DNA from: Octopus sinensis
Lineage: Eukaryota
Assembly: GCF_006345805.1 (NCBI RefSeq)
Contig: NC_043009.1
Location: 44,950,001 to 45,014,000 of the forward strand
Reading direction: 5' to 3'
Length of the DNA stretch: 64,000 nucleotides
Every line of letters begins with the position of its first letter. The stretch's first letter is position 1. Shown piece after piece: positions 24,197 through 37,402 of the stretch. The notes under the pieces were generated by a model. The model was not told the origin of the DNA and did not search any database. It saw only the letters and a list, made by a program, of their open reading frames with translations. The position numbers and the translations under genes are program-made.

Positions 24197-26054
24197 GCAG
24201 TATCAAATTAAAACCAGCTATGTATCATATTTAATGTATATATACTGTTAATAAGCCAGTTATTGCCGTATTCATCTTAAGATAACATTTCTTAGGGACG
24301 TGCTGTGTTAAAAACATAATAACTATCGGAGAAAGACCAAAAATCAACCCATCAGTGACTAGCGAGAACACCAGATGCAATTTCGGCCTTTTGGAGCCTT
24401 TTCATAAAATGTGCCCGTTGCTAGTCACATGCCTGGACAGGAATTTGCCACCTCCAAAACAAAAAGCTATAGATTCTAATTATATCAATTATTTTTCTAA
24501 TCAGTAAACTAATTTTTCTGATATTCTATTGCAATACTTGGAAGTTCTGCCAAGAACTAAAACAAACAAGTTGTACTTTTATGCAAACTATCTGCTCTCT
24601 AGATGTGAAAACTTGTGGCTTATATCTCGGCACACATAAGACACTCACCTTTATATATGAAGCTACGTGATGTTATATGAGTAGTTGTACACTGTACAAA
24701 CTGTTCATGATTGTTATCGTTAAGAGCAACTCATTTCTGTCAAGTCTCATTTCAGTTCTGTGATGCACTTTTATCGACAATTTTTTATCTATTTACCAGA
24801 GGAAACATGTGTTTATCTACTACTGACTGAATCTCATGTATCTGTTGACTGACTTCTTGACCGTCAGTCTGTCAGTGAGTCTGGGTGTCTGTTTGTGTCT
24901 GTAAGTCTGTCTCTAAGCCAAACTTAGTGTGTTAATATTTGCTTGTTTCCTCGAAGCATTTGCTTTTTTGTTGTTTGTTGTTTTGTTTTTTCATTTTGAT
25001 AATGTTTTTCACACCATCTTGTTTCACACCTCACTGACATCAACAAACAAAACATACTTTACAAAGATTCTGAAAAACCCACGTTACACATTCTTTGATG
25101 TTGTTGTCGTTGTTGTTGTTTAACCCCAGGTAAGTTCTTAACCAATAGATTTATAATCAAATATACTCAAGCCGTGATCATGACATCTTTTCAGGCCTAG
25201 TCCATCTCAGACTACAATATCCAATTAACGATTATGTAGAGTAGAGAGTCCTAGCCTGAATTGTCTGTAATTTCTGAGATTATGTGAATGGCATTTCAAG
25301 GCCTGTGGCAATGATGGAAAGTATATAGTTTATTAAAATTGCATCTCTTATGATAAAAGGCAGATTTTCTCTGCCTGTTCCCATGTTCGTTTTTAATACA
25401 ATTCTACAATATAGAATTTCTTCAATTGGAATTTACCTATGATTTTTCCAAGTAGATTCGATTAGGTCATGGCATATAAAGTTTTTTCAATTTGACCCCC
25501 AATTAAGCAAAAATTCGATAAAACTCAATATTTTACGATTTGCCCCTCTCATTTCAAGTGCTTCACTCCTTCCATTACCACCACACTTTCTCCTACTTTC
25601 TCTTTGCAAGTGTGAAACTGTTAAAGTGAAAGTATTATATAACAGGGATGAGCCATTAATAGTGGTCGTCCTTTTTGCTAGAGGAAGATCCGCTATGGTC
25701 TTATATGCTACACCACTGGTTTTCAATTCATATTAATCAAATTAATATTCAATTTTTAACCCTTATTGTATGTGTGTGTGTGTGTGTGTGTGTGCGTGTG
25801 TGTGTGTGTATTAGCAATTCGTATAAAATTGCATCAATGACTTGAACTTGAATAAGTGGTTTCACATAAATGGGGATAAATTAAAAAGGTTTGTTGTTAT
25901 TATTATTACTGTTTGACTATTGTAATCACGTTTGTTGGTTCCTCGTCAGGGAAACGTTGTTGTGTTGCATTTGTTAAATAATTGTAAACCGTAACCCTCC
26001 CCCTTTCGGAGAAGGGGCTTTGGTCATTGTTTAAAAATTGAATTTTGTCCCTGT

Positions 26055-26981
26055 GATTTCAGGCAAACTCTTCCTGTCATTCCGAAAGGCACTAGAGCTG
26101 ATGAAGTTCAAGCATGCCTAAAGTCCTCTACCCTGTGGCATCACGTTACAATCTTTAGTCTCACCACTAACATGAGAGATCAGCTACACGGCGACAAAAT
26201 GTCCACAAAGTTTACTCAGGACATTTTGACACTTGGTGAAAGCAAGATGCCTCTCGATGCTGCAGGACAAATGGAAGTGTGGTCATTTTCCTCTGTTGTT
26301 AATTCTGTAGATGACCTCAAAAACAAAGTCTTTCCCAACTTCACACAAAACTACCAAAATCACAATTGGCTGTGTGAAAGAGCAATATTAGCTCCAAAAA
26401 ACGTTGCTGTTAACAAAATTAATCAACAGCTAATGCATTCTCTTCCCGGCACTATACACACTTACAGGTCTGTTGATACAATTCCAGATATAAATGAAGT
26501 TGTGAACTATCCTCCTGAATTTCTCAATTCACTGGAGCCTCCTCGACTACTTCCACACATATTACCATTTAAAGTTGGAACTCCTGTAATGCTACCCCGC
26601 AATCTGGAACCACCAAGACTTTGCAATGGAACACGACTGGTGATAAAGAAAATGATGTCACACGTTATCGAGGCGATCATTCTTTCTGGATGTGGAAAAG
26701 GTGATGATGTCTTTATTCCAAGATTTCCTCTTACTCCATCAGGAGCAGAAATTCCATTTACATTCAGAAGACTGCAATTCCCCCTTCATGTCAGCTTTGC
26801 CATGTCCATTAACAAATCTCAGGGTCAAACCCTCTCTGTAGCTGGTCTTCTCTTGGAAGAGCCCTGCTTCTCGCATTGGCAATTGTATGTTGGCTGCTCA
26901 AGAGTAGGAACCAAAAGAAACCTTTTTGTATATGCTCCACAAGGAAAAACAAGGAACATTGTTTACAACGAGGTGTTATAA
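26055..26981 (+). pseudogene. Helitron RepHel helicase, C-terminal half (open frame, no native start)
   Basis: DFRQTLPVI...RAILAPKN...LRNL/PRNL..LCNGTRL...QFPLHVSFAMSINKSQGQTL...QLYVGCSRV...NIVYNEVL*. Confidence 0.9.
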
Positions 26982-27061
26982 TTTCAACAGCCAGGAGGTA
27001 TATACATGATCCCCTTTTTTTAAACAAACTTCATGTACTTTCACGTATTTATATTAATATA

Positions 27062-27627
27062 CACTTGCGTCGGAAATTAATTAGCACTTCTCAAATTTCT
27101 ACATTTTCTTACATTTTCTTAATTTAATTAACTTATTATCAGAAACGAACTCGTTTTTAATCAAAAATTTATTAAAAATATCCCAGCACACCACATAATT
27201 GTTATTAATCGTGAAATTTAGTCAATATCTTGTTGCTCCTCCTTTGGCAGCAATGACTGCTGCTACGCGGGTCGGCATGCTGTCTATGAGTGCCTGCAGG
27301 TACTGTGCAGGGATGGCCCCTCATGCAGCAAGAAGTGCCCCAAACAGCTTGTGTCGGTTCCTGTATTGCTGCACATTCAAATCCCTACCCAATCGACTCC
27401 AGAGGTTCTCAATAGGGTTCAGGTCAGGTGACTGGCCAGCACGTACTCCTCGCCACCAAAGAGGTATCCCGTACTATCTCAACGTACTTTGCTGCGTTGA
27501 TGTTGCCTTCGACGGCATAGAGCCGCCCAACACCACTGTAGCTGAACGCCCCTCACACCATCAGACCACCCCCACCATGCTTCATGGTGAGCAAATCAAG
27601 GGTGCTAATTAATTTCTGACGGTAGTG
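27062..27627 (-). mobile_element. Tc1-type deletion derivative nested in Helitron copy 1
   Basis: TIRs cacttgcgtcggaaattaattagcac / gtgctaattaatttctgacggtagtg; TA TSD; minus-strand KHGGGGLMV...SPDLNPIENLW...SMPTRVAAVIAAKGGATRY*. Confidence 0.9.
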
Positions 27628-27749
27628 TACATATATTTGTGTGTGTGTGTGTGTGTGTGTATCCATATATATATATATAACAGAAAAGTCTAATTCTTCT
27701 ATTGAATGTAACCGGGCAACGCCGGATATCTCTGCTAGTGAATGAATAA

Positions 27750-27794
<45 letters not shown>

Positions 27795-27857
27795 TACAGA
27801 GTGAGACAAACAGACAGCAAACAAATAGATAGACGGAGTTTCTTAGACAGAGATAAA

Positions 27858-27899
27858 AGAAGAAGAAGAAGAGAAGAAGAAGAAGAAGAAGAAGAAGAA

Positions 27900-27931
<32 letters not shown>

Positions 27932-27973
27932 AAAAGAGGAAGAAGAAAATTGATTGATAGAGAGACATTAAAG

Positions 27974-28066
<93 letters not shown>
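27858..28066. repeat. (GAA)n followed by (GATA)n/(GACA)n microsatellites
   Basis: Read directly. Confidence 0.95.
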
Positions 28067-29000
28067 GGTAATTAGATAGAGAGAGTGAGAAAAGAGAGAC
28101 TATCAGACAAAGACATTGGGAATAATGGCGAAAGATGAGATGCAATGAGTTTTAAAGTAAAGGAAGAACAATAAATCGAATATTCTGTCTCGCTTTTTCT
28201 AGTAATTGGTAAATATTTGTTTGAAAGACATTTCGATGTTTATTGGTGCACTATTTATTTGGCCGGAGAAATAAAATTATGTAAATTTCGCAGCTTCTCT
28301 AAACTGTTCATTTCCTCTCTTTGATAGCTGACGGCGGAAACACACGATATTGTTATTGCGAAAGCTGAAGCAAATTAAGATTTTACTTTCAGTTGTAGTT
28401 GACATAAACACAAGTTCAATATATCCTTAAATATGAATCATAGAATTTAATAACAAAAACAAGATTTTAATTTGAAATCTCAAGTTCCTTGCTCTTGAAG
28501 ACCAAATCTCGAGAGTCCTTGACCATTAGCAATCAAAGATCTTTTATAACCTTTTAAAAAAACACTTCTGTTTTCCCCAAAAGAAATTTTGTTTTTTTAT
28601 TCTCTTTACAGATGGAAAGTGATAAGTTTCCAGTACTCATTATCCAACTACCAAACTTTAAATTTCAACTTCTGTAACAACAATTGACAGGAAAATTAAT
28701 GTTTATGATATATTATTTATTCTGTTTATATTTGAAATATTTCATAATTAAAAGAAACATAGGTGATTTATTAGAGCACCGAATAGCCATAAAAAAACAA
28801 CTGAATTCACATTCACGCATGTTTGTCGCTGTAAATGGAAAGAGGACACGGTTCTTTGTCATAATGTCATAAGGGTTAAAACATTTGTAGAATACATCGT
28901 TATGTTTAATACAATAACGTTACTTTAAAGAGTTAATTACCGCATTTGATGACATATAAGACAATAAAATATCGCATAAAATCATCCTGGGTCTTGTATT

Positions 29001-29480
<480 letters not shown>

Positions 29481-29624
29481 GTATGCGAAATTGTTTTAAA
29501 TATTACACGCCCTAATGCGTGTAAATCTTTTTTCCCCTGAATATGCGCCACTGAAATTGGGATGCGTCTCATATGCCCATGCGTCTTTTAACCTATCAAA
29601 TACCATAATAATTTTATTCTAGAA

Positions 29625-31849
29625 CTAGCAGAGATACCCGGCGTTGCCCGGTTACATTCAATAGAAGAATTAGATTTTTCTGTTATATATATATATATAT
29701 ATGGATACACAAACTTTGTGGACATTTTGTCGCCGTGTAGCTGAGTTCTTATGTTAGTGGTGAGACTAAAGATTGTAACGTGATGCCACAGGGTAGAGGA
29801 CTTTAGGCATGCTTGAACTTCATCAGCTCTAGTGCCTTTCAGAATGACAGGAAGAGTTTGCCTGAAATCACCTGACAACAGAAGCGTTACACCTCCCATT
29901 GGAGCCTGACAGTCTCGGATGTCTTTCAGGACCCTATCTAATGCTTCCAAAGCTCCCTTGTGAGCCACAGTGCACTCATCCCAGACAATTACATAACACA
30001 TTTTAAGTACTTGTCCCTGATCTGAGCTTTTGTTGGTGTTGCATGAAGGCATTTCAGATGCTGCTAAATTGAGAGGGAGTTTAAAAGTTGAGTGTGCTGT
30101 CCTGCCACCAGGTTACAAAGTAGCTGCAATGCCAGAGGAGGCTACAGCTACTGCAATGTCCTGATGTTACCTAACTTCTGCAAGGAGAAGCTTTTTGTAA
30201 TAAATGTTTTTCCTGTCCTCAGGAGCACGAGGAAGAAGATTCGTCCCTCGCGTTGGCGTACACTGTTAAGAATATTTCTGTAGGCCTGCAGCTGGTCGGG
30301 AAGTAATTTAGGCTCATTTTCAACAATGTACTTTGAAAGCGCTGAGTGTCGTAGGTTGTTTCACGAATGACAGCAGTGGGAAGGCTATTTGACCCTGACT
30401 TGAATGTGCTTGTTGGCAGGCCATACGTCGACAATTCATTTCCACCCAGTTTAGCAATTCTGTCTTCAACGTCAATGAGTGTTTTGTTATAGATTTATTG
30501 CTGATATCCCTCCAGTCAGGATAGAGCAGTTGAGCTTGGCGTAGGGGACAATGTTTTTGAGATTCCGGTTCGAATGTAAGGCAGGTTTGAAAGTGTTCCC
30601 AACAGTTATTAGTTGTAGTGGTAGAGTGTTTATGCCGAATATGTACGTATGCATGTATATATATGTATGTATGCCTGTATATATGTACAAAATCCACTGA
30701 GAAGGCTTTTGTTGGTCTGAAGCTACAGCAGAAGACACATGCCAAGTCACCACACAGTGGGACTGAACCCAGCACCATGTGTTTGGAACGTAGTTTGTTA
30801 CCACACAGCCACATCTGCCCCTATGTATGTGTGTGTGTGTGCGCGTATGTGTGTATGGGTAGATATATTATGCATGTATATATGTGTATATATATGTGTA
30901 CATATTACATGTACATCTATATATATACATCTAAACATAAAATACAAAATACAAAGTTATATCTTGATATCGCTAGTGATAACAATACTCAAAATATATA
31001 ACAGACTGGAATTGTAGGCCCGTCTCTTGCAATTTCGATCAATTGTATCTTGTCCTCATCTTGTATAGAAGTGTACGGCTGCAGCGAAATTCATTTTTGG
31101 ACTTTCTTCTATCGAAGGCATTTTAACAAAAATGCTTCCGTAAAGACGGTGAAAATATTGTCAATTCCGCAAACAGGGACACAATTCAATTTTTAAACAA
31201 AATAACCAAAAGGGGGAGGGTACGGTTTACAATTATTTACCAAATGCAACACAACAACGTTTCCCTGACGAGGAACCAACAAACGTGATTACAATAGTCA
31301 AACAGTAGTAATAATAACAACAAACCTTTTTAATTTATCCCCATTTATGTGAAACCACTTATTCAAGTTCAAGTCATTGATGCAATTTTATACGAATTGC
31401 TAATACACACACACACACACACATAATAAGGGTTAAAAATTGAATATTAATTTGATTAATATGAATTGAAAACCAGTGGTGTAGCATATAAGACCATAGC
31501 GGATCTTCCTCTAGCAACAAGGTCGACCACTATTAATGGCTCATCCCTGTTATATAATACTTTCACTTTAACAGTTTCACACTTGCAAAGAGAAAGTAGG
31601 AGAAAGTGTGGTGATAATGGAAGGAGTAAAGCACTTGAAATGAGAGGGGCAAATCGTAAAATATTGAGTTTTATCGAATTTTTGCTTAATTGGGGGTCAA
31701 ATTGAAAAAAACTTTATATGCCATGACCCAATCGAATCTACTTGAAAAAATCATAGGTAAATTCCAATTGAAGAAATTCTATATTGTAGAATTGTATTAA
31801 AAACGAACATGGGAACAGGCAGAGAAAATCTGCCTATTATCATAAGAGA
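29625..31849 (-). mobile_element. Helitron deletion derivative, copy 2 (inverted relative to copy 1)
   Basis: A|TC at 31849; CTAG|T at 29625; same hairpin; ~700-bp 5' segment nearly identical to 25344-26050. Confidence 0.9.
29711..30590 (-). pseudogene. Helitron RepHel helicase, N-terminal half (frameshifted)
   Basis: Walker A-like ..TGKTFIT at ~30196-30226; IVWDECTVAHKGALEALDR...LLSGDFRQTLPVI...KMSTKF. Confidence 0.85.
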
Positions 31850-31866
31850 TCCATAGATAAACAGAC

Positions 31867-31897
<31 letters not shown>

Positions 31898-32072
31898 TAC
31901 ATACATACATTCATATATACGTACATACATACATACATACATACATACATACATACATACATACATACATACATACATACATACATACATACATACGTAC
32001 GTACATGCACACATACATATTATATAGCTGTACAGAAACAGTCGTTACAGAAAAAGGTCATCAGTTACTTCG

Positions 32073-32113
32073 TTAAACTGTCGAAAGCAGCTAAGCCGAA
32101 ACTTCGAGTTTTA
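32073..32113 (+). ncRNA. Degenerate hammerhead-like motif (U6-variant core)
   Basis: CUGUCGA A agcagcuaagcc GAAA C uucga G UU; stems I and II are weak. Confidence 0.35.
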
Positions 32114-32618
32114 GTCAAGCTTTTCTTTGACTACAAAATAAATATATCCTTCAAAAAAATTGAGTGACCCTTCAATTTAACATTTGACTGCCCTTATATA
32201 TAATACTACATAAAACAAACACACACACATACATACATACATACATACATACATACATACATACATACATACATACATACATACATACATACATGCATGC
32301 ATATATACATACCCGTCTGGAGCAAAATATGACTGATCTTGGGATCTTGGGGAGAGGATGTGAATCCTTAATTCATATGCTACAAATGATCACGATATCT
32401 GGGACTATATAAATCTGCAAGACCTTAAGATTTAAAGGTTGATGGTTAAAACAAGATACTCTCCATCCCAACCTTGCTACCATGTAGGTGACCGATCGAA
32501 TTTACTATAAAATTAAAAGAGAAAGAGAATAACATACATACGTATATATGTATGTGTGCGTGTACATATATATATATATAAATGAAAGAATGGAGTCGAA
32601 CAACGATTTAACAAAATT

Positions 32619-32713
32619 CCTTTATTCTCGACATATGTTTCGAAGACTGCATATTCTCAATTCCGAAGGAATAAAGGGTGCATTATGCCGCCTTCTCATC
32701 AGGAAAAACAAGG
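32619..32713 (-). ncRNA. Type-I hammerhead ribozyme motif with long stem II
   Basis: ccuuguuuuuc CUGAUGA gaaggcggcaua [30 nt] uaugcagucuuc GAAA CAUAUG UC gagaauaaagg. Confidence 0.8.
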
Positions 32714-32891
32714 AACTTATGTCAGCATCATGACGAACAAAAACTTTTAGATGACTGCCCACACGGAGTCCATAGTGATAATGAGTGTTTCTTTAAAATA
32801 TTCCGTTATAAGCAGTGACGTCAAAATTGGTTGGATGGAGAAGATTCTAAAGAGTTCAAGTTCAAGAGTTCAAAAATGGTTGGAATGGTTG

Positions 32892-32927
<36 letters not shown>

Positions 32928-32984
32928 TTACAAAAGGAGATAAAAATCCAAGGCTGTGAAAGATTTCAGAACATTTATAAATAG

Positions 32985-33032
32985 GTCTTACAGCTGTTTC
33001 CGGGATATTTTATATATCCCTTCATTGGAGAT
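32985..33032 (-). ncRNA. Hammerhead-like motif (core CCAAUGA)
   Basis: aucu CCAAUGA A GGGAUA uauaaaa UAUCCC G GAAA C AGCU G UA agac. Confidence 0.5.
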
Positions 33033-33430
33033 GGTATGAGAAAATGGTTAAGCAATAGTTATTCTAGATAAGATATGAAATAGAGAGTGAAGTGGAGGAA
33101 TGAAAATAGACGTGAGATATGCAGGGATACCCTCGATAAATAAATTATAAAAAACCTCGATTCAAAAACACCGTTTACAAACTCTATGCTTGGAACGACC
33201 AATTTTAAATACTATTGGAATTTACTCACAAGGTACAGGAATCTTATATATATACCATTCTGCCTAAATAATGGAACTACAGATACAATATCCCTGCATA
33301 ATAATGGAACTACACATACAATATCCCTGCATAATAATGGAACTACAGATACAATATCCCTGCATATCCACTTCACTCTATATTTCATATCTTATCTAGA
33401 ATAACTATTGCTTAACCATCTTCTCACACC

Positions 33431-33478
33431 GTCTCCGATGAAGGGATACATAAAATATTCCGGAAACAACTGTAAGAC
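33431..33478 (+). ncRNA. Hammerhead-like motif (core CCGAUGA)
   Basis: gucu CCGAUGA A GGGAUA cauaaaa UAUUCC G GAAA C AACU G UA agac. Confidence 0.6.
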
Positions 33479-33834
33479 CTATTTATAAATGTTCTGAAAT
33501 CTTTCACAGCCTTGGATTTTTATCTCATTCTGTAAAATTGTTTATATATACACATGCTGATATATGACCTACGTTGGACACCTCATTCGCATAATCACCG
33601 AACCTGGAGCTTAACTATAGTCTGTCCATAGCACTTACTCAGCATTACCTGACACCTTTGGGTCTTATTGAGATCATTACCTCTCATAACCTATATATAT
33701 ATATATTAGATGATAGATACATACAAACATGCATACATACATAGTGAGAATTAACAACAACAAAACAAAAGACGAAGATGGGTATGTAAACAACAAACAG
33801 ATGTATTAGTTTAACGCTTGGGAAGTGAGAAAGT

Positions 33835-33870
33835 CTTTTACGTTTCTAGCCTACGCTCTTCGACAGAAAG
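33835..33870 (-). ncRNA. Minimal hammerhead-like motif (U6 variant) in a repeat at ~33750-33915
   Basis: cuuu CUGUCGA A GAGC guag GCUA GAAA CG UA aaag. Confidence 0.55.
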
Positions 33871-33947
33871 AAACACAGAAAGAAACAGGGAGAGAAAATA
33901 GAAAGAGGTTTAGTGGCTATACATACATACATACATACATACATACA

Positions 33948-33981
<34 letters not shown>

Positions 33982-34334
33982 CATACATACATATTATTTG
34001 TCTCTGCTTCTATCTATAGGTGGTTTCTTGCTCTACATTTGTAGATTCTTATTGTCTTTGTAATCAGTGTATCAACAGTGTACAGTCCACTGAACGGTTT
34101 CTGCAGACAACAGAACAATCAGAACAGATAACAATCAGAACGCAACTTTATCAGTAGATTTTATTCGATTCTCTGTAAAGTGTATGTATGATATTATAAA
34201 TGACTTTTCTAGGAAAAATCTTGACATAAACAAAAAGTTGTCGCAGTGGAGCATTGTATGGAGAGGGTCACATTTACCTCAGGTGGTGGTAGTCTTTGTA
34301 TTTTTGTTTTTTTTTGTTTTTTCATTTTCTTACT

Positions 34335-34530
34335 CGTTCAGTCATTTGACTGCAGCAATACTGGGACGCCGCCTTGAAGAGTTTTAGTCGAACAAATCTA
34401 CCTAAGACTTATGTTTTAAAACCTAGCACTTATCTTATCGGTCTCTTTTGCCGAACCGCTAGGTTACGGGGACGTAAACACACCAAAATCGGTTGCCAAA
34501 CAATAATGGGGGACAAACACAGGCATAAGG
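34335..34530 (-). mobile_element. SINE family B 3' half
   Basis: ttcagtcatttgactgc...gccgaaccgctaggttacggggacgtaaacacacc. Confidence 0.75.
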
Positions 34531-34533
34531 ACA

Positions 34534-34568
<35 letters not shown>

Positions 34569-34590
34569 TATATATATGTGTGTGTGTGTG

Positions 34591-34627
<37 letters not shown>

Positions 34628-35287
34628 CGTTAAATAGCCCGTCGTTGCCAGGTAATTTTTAAAATAGAATGTCATATAATTTTTTATTTATTCCATGTCA
34701 GAGCATGCTTTCCCCGATAGATAGGCCTCTTAATTAGGACTGATTTGTGCAATTTTTCGCCAAAAAATTCGTTGGGGATAATTTTCGTTTCTAAATTATT
34801 TACATGTCTGTTTGACCGTTTCACGTGACTTTATTCATTAAAACTTCAGATCTTATAACTTTGATCATCGTAATGTTTTGCTTTCGTTTCTTTAATTAAA
34901 AAAATTCCTCCTCCTAATGATTTTGCTTTAATTTCGTGATAAACAGTTATCAAGCAGAAAATGCCAGCTTCCAAATCCTGTTTTCTGATTAGGTAAAATT
35001 GATTAAACTTTAAACCCCAGTAACATTTTTCTGCAATATTTCTGGAACAAATAAATAACAAAATTGAATTTAACGAGGAAAATTATTTCAATATTCCAAA
35101 TATTGAAATTTTGACGTAATTTTAAAATCTCACATGTGATAGCTACAGGGAAGACCCTACAAAAGTAAAGTGACAGATAGTTATAGGACGTGACACACAC
35201 ACAAACACACTCTCACATACACACATACACACACGCATTTACAAACGTACACACAGGTTACTACGAGTTTAAAATGGTGTGTAGTAG

Positions 35288-35320
<33 letters not shown>

Positions 35321-36129
35321 TGTATGTATGTATGTATGTATGTATGTACGTATGTATGTATATATATATATGTATGTATATGTGTGTCTGTGTCTGTGTG
35401 AGAGTGTTTCTTTGAGATGAACAGCAGAAAAGTCACCTACATCCTATCTCCTTAAAGCTACGTATTCATCACCCCTTCTCTGTGTGTGTGTGTGTGTGCG
35501 TGTGTGTGTGCGTGTGTGTGTGTGTGTGTGTGTTGTATCAATGTATTTACGAAAGCATATATGCATACTGTATATGACAGCTGTAGTAACGTTATCATCC
35601 CATTTTCACCGCTGTTCTCGCCTTCGCTGATATAAGTCACCCTCTCTCTGTTACTACCTTTCCTTCTCATTTTACATATAATTCGCCCAACGTCCCTGGG
35701 AGGCACATTATAGATTGTTATTGAAATCCAATCAGCTTATTATTGAACTGTTAGTGTAACATGTATGTAAAGTTTCGTGGATATTGCTTCGCAGTCTTAG
35801 ACACTAAGATGATAACAGACAGACAGACAGACAGACAGAAATTGCCATTTATATATATATATAGTATATGATATGTATATATATATATATATATATATAC
35901 GACGGACTCCTTTCAGTTTCCGCCTGCCAAATCCACTCACAAGGCTCCTGTTGGCCCGAGGCTATAGCAGAAGACACTTGCGCAAAGTGCCATGCAGTGA
36001 GACTGAAACGAATTTTTTTACTTGCCGAGTGCGACGGAGCGAGCAGTGCTCGTGACCTTTGAAGTACAGGGCTGGCAGAAGATGGTAGAGGCAACAAGGA
36101 GGATGAGAGGTGAAGAGATAGTACCCCAT

Positions 36130-36480
36130 GATCATTGCAGGTCCTCCAAGACCAGTGATCTTGATGCTGTTAATGCTCCGTTTTAATTGTTGTAGGTCAA
36201 TAACGACAGGAAAGACATGAACAGGATAGCAGTTCCAGAGGCATCTATGTTCCGGGGAGGATGAACGGGGCGTAATGGTTTTTGTTGGTTAGTGCGGATC
36301 TGGTGGGGGATGCAACAAAAGAGATGAGAGGTAGAAAAACGAATAGGTTGGGGGTATTGAATGGACAGGGTACGAGATCAACCAGCTTTGAGGAACAAAG
36401 GCTATATTAGTAGAAGCGATAAAGAAAACAAGAGGGAGGGGACAGTATTCCTGTGAACCAGGGACTGGAGCGTGTCTGCT
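36130..36480 (-). mobile_element. Degraded CR1/L2-type LINE ORF2 3' fragment
   Basis: Minus-strand ..LADTLQSLVHRNTV..LF..RFY...LWN..PVHVFP...DLQQLKRSIN, across frameshifts. Confidence 0.55.
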
Positions 36481-37337
36481 AGTGATTTGATGTCAATCAG
36501 TCGAGTGGGTGCGGCCTAGAATGCCATAGACTTGATACCACAACTATCAGTCTGTAATTCTTTAGATTGACACCAAACAAAAATTATCCAGACACATACC
36601 ACCCGTGTTGTACCAAGAGTCTGACATTTGCTGCTAACACTTCTGTATGTGGTCACTAGACGTATTAGAAATAACAACCAAATTTCCTTACATATCATAC
36701 ACTACCATCTCTAAAAACAAAACACATATTGGTTAACGCTCTAAATATATTGTCTGAAAATAAGATGCTATGGTCATGGCTGGAATGCCTTTCACTTGGG
36801 TCTAAGCAACACGAATAATAACTAATTTTCTTTTGTTGAAGCAACGTTAATTGATTTAATTAATTGCTTGATAGACCATTCGTTGATGTTCTGTCACAGT
36901 AACCGTATAGCTCCTTTATTGGCCTCTAATTACTGTTGTCAATAATTAATAGCAACAATGATTGCTTTTTTGGTATCAGTACTGCGTCTGTCGCTATTAA
37001 TTAATTTTTAATAAGCCTGCTGGTTATTTGCGACATCAATGCCCGAAAAGACACTGAAATTTTACTGTCTGTAAAATTCGGTTGTTATGTTGCTGCCAGA
37101 CGTCTGCCACTGTTGAGCCCGGGCAAATCGAAACCACGTTGTGTGACAGTTCCAACGCCTGTCGCAGATGATTCTCGTCGGCCAACGATATAAATATGTG
37201 TGCTTTTATGCATCATGCGTCCATATGAGAAATCCTCTCTAGATAAATAACGCAGTATTCGGTGTTCTGACATAACATCCACATTCAATTGGATATAAGG
37301 ATTGCTTTTGGAATTAATACTGCTTCTACCGCTATCA

Positions 37338-37392
<55 letters not shown>

Positions 37393-37402
<10 letters not shown>

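Larger units (their letters stand above)
25344..27738 (+). mobile_element. Helitron deletion derivative, copy 1
   Basis: A|TC 5' end at 25344; 3' hairpin ccgggcaacgccgg at 27712-27725; CTAG|T end at 27738; internal PIF1-family helicase fragment. Confidence 0.9.
32925..33538. mobile_element. Penelope-like inverted terminal-repeat pair
   Basis: ~172-bp arms at 32925-33096 and 33367-33538, each with a hammerhead-like motif; 3 x 33-bp tandem repeat at 33268-33366. Confidence 0.7.

Noticed and set aside
33268-33366. Three 33-bp direct repeats, considered as a CRISPR-like array
   Set aside because: Head-to-tail tandem repeat without spacers, in a eukaryotic context.
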